From a virus: a stretch of DNA of 64,000 bases. The first letter of the stretch is position 1; each line of letters begins with the position of its first letter. Both the position numbers and the translations under genes were made by a program. The stretch covers positions 36,967 to 100,966 of the IMG/VR virus record IMGVR_UViG_3300033516_000084; one strand, 5' to 3'. Positions 44,495 through 52,320 of the stretch are shown here, piece by piece. Under the pieces are notes generated by a model, which did not search any database, was not told where the DNA came from, and saw only the letters and a program-made list of their open reading frames with translations.

Positions 44495-46417
44495 TCATTG
44501 GGACACCACCGAGTAAGCAGCAGGGCCGGGTGAGCCCTTGGTGTTCCATACTGACACAGTTACCCCCTCCAATTTGAGCCAATTCATCACCCGTTGTTCT
44601 GCCACACCCCAGTTCAGGCTATTTGATTTTACGAAAACATCGGTGGTGGACATTACCAGCTCTTCCAGACTCGGGGACTCTGACAGCGTGGTGGACAGTT
44701 CATTCCACTTAAACCCGTAGGTAATAACTTTGTAAGAAACCAGACCATCAAGTAACCCAGCCACCCATTGTTGCCTTGCCTTAATATCGGTGTCGGTCAT
44801 AAACACTGCGCTTTCACCGGGTGTGTAGGACAAGCTGAGATTAAGACAGGCCTTCTTACATTTGAGAACAATGCCCTCAATCGCGGCATTGGTAAGATGC
44901 AGGATACTTCCAATCTCCAAGCACAGGGCAGGTACTTGCATATCAGGTGCATCTGATACCAGTAGCGGGGTAGAGCCTACCTTGAGACTGCGGAAAGCGC
45001 CAACCATTGGATTGTTTCCACCGACAACCGGCACTTCACCCAACCACACCCGGCCTGTTGCACCGTCAAGGCTTACGGTAGCACCGGCCTTGAAATAATT
45101 ATGGTAGCTCTCCCCCAGACCCACTACACAGCACCGGTTCATTGATCGGGCAACTACGGCAGCGTGGCTAGTACTCCCACCGGTCATGGTCAAGATACCT
45201 ACCGCAGCATTCATGCCGCCAATATCATCGGGTGTGGTCTCGCCGGTAACCAAGACCACCTTCTGACCTATCTTGGCTAGGTTGATAGCGTCAACACTAG
45301 ACAGGCAAACTATGCCGGTAACCACCCCAGAACAGGCAGGGATTCCCATTGCAAAGTAAGGCGTATGAAACTTTGGGTCAATCACTGGCTGATTAGCCAG
45401 ATCAAGTTCTCTCTCGGCCACCCGTGCAATTGATTGCGCGGCTGTCAGTAGCCCCTCTGCCATCATACTCATTGCAATTTTTACAGCAGCAAAGGCACTG
45501 CGTTTGGCAGTCCGGGTTTGCAGAATGTACAACTTACGGTCTTGGATAGTGAACTCAACATCCTGCACATCGCCCTTGATTTTCTCCAGCTTGGTAACCG
45601 TGGTGATAAGCTCTTCGGCCACCTTAGGGTTCCATTCGGCCAGCTTAGACAGCTTCATCGGGGTGGCAGTACCGGCTACCACGTCCTCACCCTGGGCGTT
45701 GATTAGGAACTCACCAACCACTTCATTTTCCCCACTGTCCGGGTCGCGAGTAAACAGTACACCTGTACCGCTATCGTTGTTCAGGTTACCGAATACCATC
45801 GCCTGAAGTACTACGGCTGTACCCCAATCATCAGGGATGTTGTTCAGCTTACGGTAGGTCTTAGCCCGCTCATTGTTCCAGCTTTTGAACACCGCTTCGA
45901 TTGAACTGAGAATTTGGTCTTGGGCCTTGGGGAAAAGTTGGCCGGTCTTGCGCTCATACAAGGCAAGGGCTTCTGGCAGGGTCTCGGACTCCAAGTCCTT
46001 ACGGGGGATTGAATGCACCACGTTACCGTGCATTACCACCAGACGCTTAAAGCTGTTTACGGCACAGTCTTCACCTATTCTAGCCTCCCACTGTGAAAGG
46101 GTTTTGTTATCGAGGCCGACATTCAGAATCGTTTCTAACATCCCAGGCATTGAAGCCCTTGCCCCTGACCGCACTGACAGAAGGGGCTGATACCCAAAAA
46201 TTTCCTTGAAAAAATTGTCGTAAAGTTTCAGCTCAGCAGCAATCTTCTTCATTGTCCCCTTAGGAGACTTTCTGTACTCCACACACACGTGTGTGGGAAT
46301 GATCAGGGCGGGCGGCACGTTAAGACCTTGTTGATACATGGAGATAAGACCGGCCCCTTTTCCACCGTGGATTATTGGGTCTGCTACTACTGATTGGTCT
46401 AAAATTGAAACAAACAT
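44495..46417 (-). CDS. PPDK-like phosphotransferase (ATP-grasp plus His swivel, no pyruvate-binding barrel)
   Basis: GGKGAGL, PLLSVRSGARASMPGM, QAMVFGN, GEDVVAG, DVEFT..LQTR and GGSTSHAAVVAR; about 170 unrelated residues follow the swivel domain. Confidence 0.9.
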   Translation of the reverse strand: MFVSILDQSVVADPIIHGGKGAGLISMYQQGLNVPPALIIPTHVCVEYRKSPKGTMKKIAAELKLYDNFFKEIFGYQPLLSVRSGARASMPGMLETILNVGLDNKTLSQWEARIGEDCAVNSFKRLVVMHGNVVHSIPRKDLESETLPEALALYERKTGQLFPKAQDQILSSIEAVFKSWNNERAKTYRKLNNIPDDWGTAVVLQAMVFGNLNNDSGTGVLFTRDPDSGENEVVGEFLINAQGEDVVAGTATPMKLSKLAEWNPKVAEELITTVTKLEKIKGDVQDVEFTIQDRKLYILQTRTAKRSAFAAVKIAMSMMAEGLLTAAQSIARVAERELDLANQPVIDPKFHTPYFAMGIPACSGVVTGIVCLSSVDAINLAKIGQKVVLVTGETTPDDIGGMNAAVGILTMTGGSTSHAAVVARSMNRCCVVGLGESYHNYFKAGATVSLDGATGRVWLGEVPVVGGNNPMVGAFRSLKVGSTPLLVSDAPDMQVPALCLEIGSILHLTNAAIEGIVLKCKKACLNLSLSYTPGESAVFMTDTDIKARQQWVAGLLDGLVSYKVITYGFKWNELSTTLSESPSLEELVMSTTDVFVKSNSLNWGVAEQRVMNWLKLEGVTVSVWNTKGSPGPAAYSVVSQ

Positions 46418-46476
46418 TTTGCACTCCGTTGCGTTTTGGTTGGTAAACCTTTATTATATACGAAAATTTGGGTTTG

Positions 46477-46821
46477 TCAAGAGTATTTCCAAAAAATATC
46501 GAAAAAACATCTGCCCCCTAACTCGTACCACCCTTGGTCACGCAGGGATTCGACTAGTCGGTCGTTTTGCACACTCTCTATGTACAGGGCTTTTAGCCCC
46601 AATCTAATGAGGTGTTCCCGGACCATCGGTAGCCAGTGGGTGAACACCTTTTTACCCGGCTGGTGTACGTGGATACTGGCTATGTCAAAGGTCGGTATAA
46701 CGTCATCCAGCTTCTGGCAGTAGTGGAATCCCTTATGCACGTACACGTCCATGATGGCACTGGTGTACCACTCATTCCGGGTGTGCCCTTCTAAGAACTT
46801 TTGTACTTCCGAGGGTGTCAT
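46477..46821 (-). CDS. small GNAT-fold-like protein
   Basis: FDIASIHV..PGKKVF...LYIESVQNDRL...L...GW pattern. Confidence 0.45.
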   Translation of the reverse strand: MTPSEVQKFLEGHTRNEWYTSAIMDVYVHKGFHYCQKLDDVIPTFDIASIHVHQPGKKVFTHWLPMVREHLIRLGLKALYIESVQNDRLVESLRDQGWYELGGRCFFDIFWKYS

Positions 46822-46822
46822 A

Positions 46823-47194
46823 TCACTCCTGATCTTCTAACGGGCCGTATTCATTGATATTCACTGCGTTAAGGGCCTCGGTATGATCTTCCTCAGTAAT
46901 GGGGTTAATGTAGGAGCCATCCATGACCTCCACGGTATGGAACCATGTGAAGGTCAGGGTGTTGGTGCCACCAACAGCATCCAGTACTACGTGCCGGTCA
47001 CCTACTTTATACAGACCGGGTTGAATGTCCCCGCTCTTGTGGTACATGGTCAGCAGGTCTTCAATCTCGCCTTCACCTAGGGCTGACACCTCTTGGTCAT
47101 CCACTTTGGAGGCAGGAAAATCGCTAGGTTTCAATAGGTCCATAATATCCTTTGAGGGCGGTATGCACCCGGTGGTTAATGCAGGGTAGTCCAT
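46823..47194 (-). CDS. acidic hypothetical protein
   Basis: Coupled ORF. Confidence 0.5.
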   Translation of the reverse strand: MDYPALTTGCIPPSKDIMDLLKPSDFPASKVDDQEVSALGEGEIEDLLTMYHKSGDIQPGLYKVGDRHVVLDAVGGTNTLTFTWFHTVEVMDGSYINPITEEDHTEALNAVNINEYGPLEDQE

Positions 47195-47475
47195 GCCAGG
47201 GTTCCATAGTCCCCTTCTTTGGACTGTGGGTGAGGATAAAACTTGAAAGAGTACAACCGTATCAGGTTGTTATAGAAGTCTTGGTGGTCAAACATGTCAG
47301 CGTCTTCCCGGTTATCCTTGAGCGCCTTGAACACGCCCTCTAGTACCAGTTTGCAGGTGCCTACATGGGCAGTGATAGCGTAGCATGGGACACCGTACTC
47401 ACTAATGTAGTCGGTGGAAAGGTCGATATTGAGGGCCGCACATATATCGGCTACCAGTGTTTGGAGTTCTTCCAT
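47176..47475 (-). CDS. hypothetical protein
   Basis: Start MEELQ follows a TTCAAAGGATTGAA leader. Confidence 0.6.
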   Translation of the reverse strand: MEELQTLVADICAALNIDLSTDYISEYGVPCYAITAHVGTCKLVLEGVFKALKDNREDADMFDHQDFYNNLIRLYSFKFYPHPQSKEGDYGTLAWTTLH

Positions 47476-47727
47476 TTCAATCCTTTGAAAGCTATCAGAC
47501 TTTGGTGAGCCAGCTAACAAACAATTTTTTGGTCGCAATCTCCGAGAATGCGAGACGCGCCTTGATGGCCTCATGGCAGGCGGCAAGCCACTCGCTTTTG
47601 ATGTTACGGCCAGAAGCGGTTGTTACGTTGCCCATTTTCAATCCTTTGAAGCTGTTTGGTTGGTAAGCCTTGAGTATAGCACGGTTTATCAAGGCTTTTC
47701 ATATATTTCACATATATTTTTATCGGC

Positions 47728-48084
47728 CTAGGGGATTGAATACCCGGTGAGCGTGTACTCGTCTCTCCAATCCTTGTGGCAGGAATTGCACTCACATGCG
47801 GCCCAGGCAATGTTGGTATACGTCTGTGGATTAAAAGACTCAATGTCTTCACTGCCACAGAACGGGCAGGTAGAACCTCCGTCATTCAGGTACTCTTCTT
47901 GGGACATAGGAGGCCTGTCAAAGTCTGGGTCTGCCAGATCGTCGATAACCTGATGACCAAGTTCGATAGACCGGTCTTGCACACGGTTTACGCTGGCCCC
48001 GCGAAGCTCCTCGGGTGTCCAGATGATCACAGCGTAGCCCTCTGCCCGCAAATCTCGCATAGCCTGAAGTTGGTCGTTGGTCAT
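47728..48084 (-). CDS. hypothetical zinc-ribbon protein
   Basis: CPFCGS...CNSC..W; class II promoter upstream. Confidence 0.6.
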   Translation of the reverse strand: MTNDQLQAMRDLRAEGYAVIIWTPEELRGASVNRVQDRSIELGHQVIDDLADPDFDRPPMSQEEYLNDGGSTCPFCGSEDIESFNPQTYTNIAWAACECNSCHKDWRDEYTLTGYSIP

Positions 48085-48349
48085 ATACTTTCCTGGCGTG
48101 GTGTTGATAAGCCTGTAGTATAACCGAGTTTGACAAGGTTTACAGGCTTTTTTGAAAATATATTTGTGCAATTGATTGCACTCCGTTGCAACCCCACTTA
48201 GATGCCTACTACCATGTCGTCTGGGTTGATCAAAACCCTGGCCCCGGTAGACAGTACGGTGGCTTGGTCTTCGTCATCCTTCACCATAATCTCGTCTTGG
48301 TCGGGTAGGTAGAATTTGTCTCCTACCTCCAGCAGGTAGAACTTTAGGT

Positions 48350-48754
48350 TCACAGCCTGTCCTCAAGCAACCGGTCCAATGACCCCATCATCATGTCGAA
48401 ATTGCGCTGACTAGGGAGGTTGAGGTAGCCAGAGAATGCCCGGTAGAAGGTGGCGGCTTGTCGTACCTCCTCGCCTTGTACATAGTCATCAACCAGTCTG
48501 AAGATGGCGTAATTTTGAATCATCACGTTGCCTGAAACGTGCTGGTCTTTCAGGTAGTACTCGGCAGATTTCAGGCTGCGAACATACTCTTTTCCGTGGC
48601 GGCGCATCACATACTTGAGGGCGCAACCCATGTTGAAGTTCAGACATCTGACCAAGTTGATGGCCTCGATTCCGCTTGGGTGGACGTTATAGTGTTTAGC
48701 TAGGTTTACCTCATCAAACTCTTTTTCTGATGGGGTTGTATCGGTATTACTCAC
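48350..48754 (-). CDS. DUF3310 (T7 gp1.7-like nucleotide kinase family) protein
   Basis: VN..KHY..HPSGIEAI...FNMGCALKY..R...K...L..A.YYL. Confidence 0.7.
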   Translation of the reverse strand: MSNTDTTPSEKEFDEVNLAKHYNVHPSGIEAINLVRCLNFNMGCALKYVMRRHGKEYVRSLKSAEYYLKDQHVSGNVMIQNYAIFRLVDDYVQGEEVRQAATFYRAFSGYLNLPSQRNFDMMMGSLDRLLEDRL

Positions 48755-48797
48755 AAGGTTCCTTTTGGGTTAATCGGGGGTACTATTCTAAATCTAC

Positions 48798-49001
48798 CTA
48801 CTTGCAGCGCCACAATATGTCGTCCAAAATATCCTTGACGGTATTCAGTGCCAGAAGGTCCTCTGAGGGTGGGCCAGTTTTTACCTGTCTGGACACCACG
48901 TCATTCACCTCGTGCAAGGTGTCCCAAATTTCATCCACAAGTAGCACACGCTTAAACTTCTCAACCTCATCATCGTTGTAAGTCAGGGTAATGGTCGTCA
49001 T
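48798..49001 (-). CDS. hypothetical protein
   Basis: AAGGA RBS; small ORF. Confidence 0.5.
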   Translation of the reverse strand: MTTITLTYNDDEVEKFKRVLLVDEIWDTLHEVNDVVSRQVKTGPPSEDLLALNTVKDILDDILWRCK

Positions 49002-49029
49002 TTATTGTCCTTGTAATGTTGCGGCTGAA

Positions 49030-49239
49030 TTATCTTGTCTGGATTATCTTTGATAATTGCTGATAATTAGGGCTCCATAATCTGGTCTTCCCAGCCCGGC
49101 TATTCACCCGATGTACCTCTTCCCACTCCATGAGTTTGGCTAGCAGTGGTTCACTCTCACGCAAGGCCTTCAATTGGTCTGAGGGGCTGGTGATACGACA
49201 TCGTTCACGGGCTTCTGGGGTGATGATAGAGTGGGTCAT
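49030..49239 (-). CDS. hypothetical protein
   Basis: Coupled ORF. Confidence 0.45.
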   Translation of the reverse strand: MTHSIITPEARERCRITSPSDQLKALRESEPLLAKLMEWEEVHRVNSRAGKTRLWSPNYQQLSKIIQTR

Positions 49240-49571
49240 TTGATTTTCCCCTTACATATAGCAATTTGTGACTTCATGTAGTCTTCATACTCTTTTGGAA
49301 TCTCAATGACCATGATCAGGGTGTTACAGGACTTCTTCCAACGCTTGAAAAAAGCCTCAAAACTGATCACGTCCTTACAGTCCTCATCACACACAACCCC
49401 GTTGTGGATGGTGACCTTTGCCCCATCTGGTAAGTCTTCTACTTCACCCTCGTACTCCTCACCATCACAGGTCAGTTCTTCGGTGTCACAATAACAGCCG
49501 GTACTATTTAATAACCCATCCCAGTCTGAGGAATAGAAAGCCTTGTATTCGGCACCTGAACATTTCAACAT
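49236..49571 (-). CDS. hypothetical protein
   Basis: 111 aa ORF with RBS. Confidence 0.6.
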   Translation of the reverse strand: MLKCSGAEYKAFYSSDWDGLLNSTGCYCDTEELTCDGEEYEGEVEDLPDGAKVTIHNGVVCDEDCKDVISFEAFFKRWKKSCNTLIMVIEIPKEYEDYMKSQIAICKGKIK

Positions 49572-49579
49572 AAAAATCC

Positions 49580-49819
49580 TTACTTAATCCATTTTTTGGT
49601 GAACAACTCTCGCACATTGAAGTGCGGCTCTTCGTTGGCAACTTCCCGGTTGAGGGTTACGCTGGTAGTAATCTCTGATTCCCCATCAACCTCTGCCGAT
49701 TGATCGTACAACCATGCACTGGGTGTGGGCCTTGTCTTCATAAGCCTGATGGGCTTTTTAGGAGTGGTCGCAATCACCGACTCGTCACTGGTGTGCTGGT
49801 CTGAACCGTAGATAGCCAT
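49580..49819 (-). CDS. hypothetical protein
   Basis: Promoter and RBS upstream. Confidence 0.5.
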   Translation of the reverse strand: MAIYGSDQHTSDESVIATTPKKPIRLMKTRPTPSAWLYDQSAEVDGESEITTSVTLNREVANEEPHFNVRELFTKKWIK

Positions 49820-49898
49820 AATATCCCCTTATTAAGTTAATTGATTTTAGCGCCTTGATAAAGTGAATTATAGCACATTTTGTCAAGGTTTTACAGGC

Positions 49899-50050
49899 CT
49901 ATAATAAATTTTCTACCTGTACTCCGCACTCTGCGAACAAGGATTTTGAGCGCCGGATATGCTCTGCCCATCGGGTAGAGACCTCGTCTGTCATAGGCAT
50001 AACCACCACCCGAATGATTCCCGATTGCACAATGGCTCTAGCACAGTTAA
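49899..50050 (-). pseudogene. orphan duplicate 3' end of dCMP deaminase
   Basis: Manual translation NCARAIVQSGIIRVVVMPMTDEVSTRWAEHIRRSKSLFAECGV aligns with DCSRSIVQVGIKHVIIAPMSTVFEERWQEHIKRSKMLFDECGV. Confidence 0.85.
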
Positions 50051-50148
50051 ATACTTTTTGCCATGCGGTTTGATTTTCGTGTGGCGGTTTGCTTTGCTAT
50101 AGTCCCTGCTGATACTGGTGGTCTACATTTTGAAGCGGCACGCAGGTG

Positions 50149-50604
50149 TCATTTTTCATAGTCAATCATAGTGTAGGAAACACCACATTCATCAAAAAGC
50201 ATTTTTGACCTCTTAATATGCTCCTGCCACCGTTCCTCAAATACGGTGCTCATTGGTGCAATTATAACGTGTTTTATGCCAACCTGAACAATTGATCTGG
50301 AGCAGTCCATGCATGGGAAGTGGGTCACCAATATAGTACAGCCCTCTAATGGGGTGCCTACTCTGGCGGCGGCTAGAATGGCATTCAACTCAGCGTGAAC
50401 TATCCAGTAGTATTTTTCAGGCCTACCTACCATCCGCTCGTCTTCGTCAGCAGAGCACTTCCTAGGGGCACCATTATATCCCGTAGAACGAATCTCAAAA
50501 TGGGGACCAATAATGACCGACCCAACCTTAGTTTCATCTTTTGAAAATTGCGCCACTGCACGCGCAATATCCATGTACTTCTCATGTTTTGATCTACTAG
50601 ACAT
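50149..50604 (-). CDS. dCMP deaminase
   Basis: STGYNG, HAELNAI and PCMDC motifs. Confidence 0.9.
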   Translation of the reverse strand: MSSRSKHEKYMDIARAVAQFSKDETKVGSVIIGPHFEIRSTGYNGAPRKCSADEDERMVGRPEKYYWIVHAELNAILAAARVGTPLEGCTILVTHFPCMDCSRSIVQVGIKHVIIAPMSTVFEERWQEHIKRSKMLFDECGVSYTMIDYEK

Positions 50605-50852
50605 TTTGTAATTCTCTCAGTTTTTTATTTGCCATCCGTGTGGCAGTCCGTTTAGCTATGGATTCTGGAGAGAGTAAAAGGGTGACCGTGTATCCATGCT
50701 TCTCCACAACCCGGTGCCAGTAGGCATTGCGTTTGGTGTTTTCATGAGGTCTTTTTTGGTCTGCCAATTCCAACATAAAACACCACGCCATCTAGGCGTG
50801 TATGAATGTAGACACAAGTGTCGTCTACTGTAGTGATAAGGTCTTGCGTCAT
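50597..50852 (-). pseudogene. frameshifted, internally deleted GIY-YIG-like homing endonuclease
   Basis: DTCVYIHTRLDGVVFYVGIGRP, a frameshift in an A run, then KRPHENTKRNAYW; homologous to 12474-13166. Confidence 0.8.
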
Positions 50853-51112
50853 AGGTTCATAATCTCGGTGATAGCCTTCGCTACTTCAACACACCGGCTA
50901 TCGGGTAGTCCGGTACGCTGTTCAACATCTAGGGCAGTATACCCTTGGCCATCAAAGAAGTCTTGTACAGCAATAAGCAGGTTACGCTGATATTCTATAA
51001 GGTCTGCGGCTTTATCCGCAATTTCAGCGTAATCAAGGTTCAGGTTTCTGGTGCGACTTATGTCCGCACCAGTCCTGAGGGTTTTTACTAACTCCCTGGT
51101 ATCGAAGCTCAT
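50849..51112 (-). CDS. hypothetical protein
   Basis: Coupled to the HDAC gene. Confidence 0.55.
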   Translation of the reverse strand: MSFDTRELVKTLRTGADISRTRNLNLDYAEIADKAADLIEYQRNLLIAVQDFFDGQGYTALDVEQRTGLPDSRCVEVAKAITEIMNL

Positions 51113-51969
51113 ACCATCTCCGGCTGTTTGTGGTCACAGTACTTCAGCCACAGGTCATAGGTGTTGGCGTGAAGCTCCAGTACCTTGCTAAAGGGCTTGG
51201 TGTACCCACCCGCCAAATCCCAGACCACAGGGATACCCCTATCTCTTGCAAAGGCAAATACAAGAGTGTCTCGTTGAATCAACTGCCATTCTGTCAGGCA
51301 CCCGCCAAGAGGGTCCTTAATAAAGGGGTCCATGCCTGCTTGGTACAACAGTACCTTGCACTCCCCGAATACACTACGCAAAATCTCTGGCAAGTCTTTC
51401 AGGAACTCGTCACCCATATTACGGTTAGCGTAGCTAGTGCCTCCATACGTGTAGTGTGGGGTGTTCTCAATACCGAGGGCAGAAAAAATATCTACCGTCC
51501 CATTGCCATAGTGCATATCTAGGTCCAGCACACCGGGCTTCATATCAAATTCTTGGGCCACCACAGCCGCTAATGCGAGTCCGTTGAAGGTGCAAAATCC
51601 TCCACCAAAGTCATGACCGGCGTGGTGAAACCCGGACACAGGTACACAGCTACTGTAACCCTCGATAGAGCGCATCACCCCCTCGACCATGGCACCGCAG
51701 GTATAGGTACAGGCTTCTGCTACTTTTGGGTCGTGTGAGCCAAACCCATTTGGTTGCACCCCTGACAGTACCTCTTTCAAGTACTTAGGGTCGTGTACCC
51801 GCTTCAAAAGCTCTATGGCACTGGTACTCTTGAATACCGGGATACCATCTTCTTCGATCTTGGGGGCGATATGCTCAAGGAAAGCCTTGGGCTTTTTCCA
51901 ACTCGGGCTATAGCTGTCTACGTGCAAGGGTACGCACAGTGGGTTCCAAATGATTGCTGGTTTGAACAT
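51109..51969 (-). CDS. histone deacetylase family (Zn-dependent) enzyme
   Basis: GFHHAG, GGFCTFN, LDLDMHYGNGT, YQAGMDP..DPLG and LAGGY. Confidence 0.9.
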   Translation of the reverse strand: MFKPAIIWNPLCVPLHVDSYSPSWKKPKAFLEHIAPKIEEDGIPVFKSTSAIELLKRVHDPKYLKEVLSGVQPNGFGSHDPKVAEACTYTCGAMVEGVMRSIEGYSSCVPVSGFHHAGHDFGGGFCTFNGLALAAVVAQEFDMKPGVLDLDMHYGNGTVDIFSALGIENTPHYTYGGTSYANRNMGDEFLKDLPEILRSVFGECKVLLYQAGMDPFIKDPLGGCLTEWQLIQRDTLVFAFARDRGIPVVWDLAGGYTKPFSKVLELHANTYDLWLKYCDHKQPEMV

Positions 51970-52050
51970 TAGTCACTCCTTTGATTTGTGATTGTTGCGA
52001 TACCTGCATTCTAACAGGTATTTATAGGTTTGTCAAGTATTTTTTACCAC

Positions 52051-52272
52051 CTAGTGCAATTGATTGCGCGGCTTCACCGGTTGCGGGGTTACCATCAACT
52101 GCACAAGGTCCTCGGCAATACCGTTTTTACGCATTTGCTCTGCGGAGGCTGCGCGGTGCTTAGTATCCTCAACATCCTCGGCCAACAGCGACTGTAGCAA
52201 CGTGCTGTTTCTCCCACCCACGTTCATAGAGTCCTTCTCCTTAGGCCGCATCTTGTCTCGTCCTGTAGTCAT
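52051..52272 (-). CDS. small hypothetical protein
   Basis: Class I promoter and AAGGA RBS. Confidence 0.5.
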   Translation of the reverse strand: MTTGRDKMRPKEKDSMNVGGRNSTLLQSLLAEDVEDTKHRAASAEQMRKNGIAEDLVQLMVTPQPVKPRNQLH

Positions 52273-52320
52273 TTAATATCCTTTAGTAAGAATGCATTAT
52301 AACAGACCATAATCAGTTTG

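Noticed and set aside
44495-46417. Annotating as a complete ppdK auxiliary metabolic gene
   Set aside because: The C-terminal pyruvate/PEP-binding barrel is missing (640 aa with an unrelated tail).
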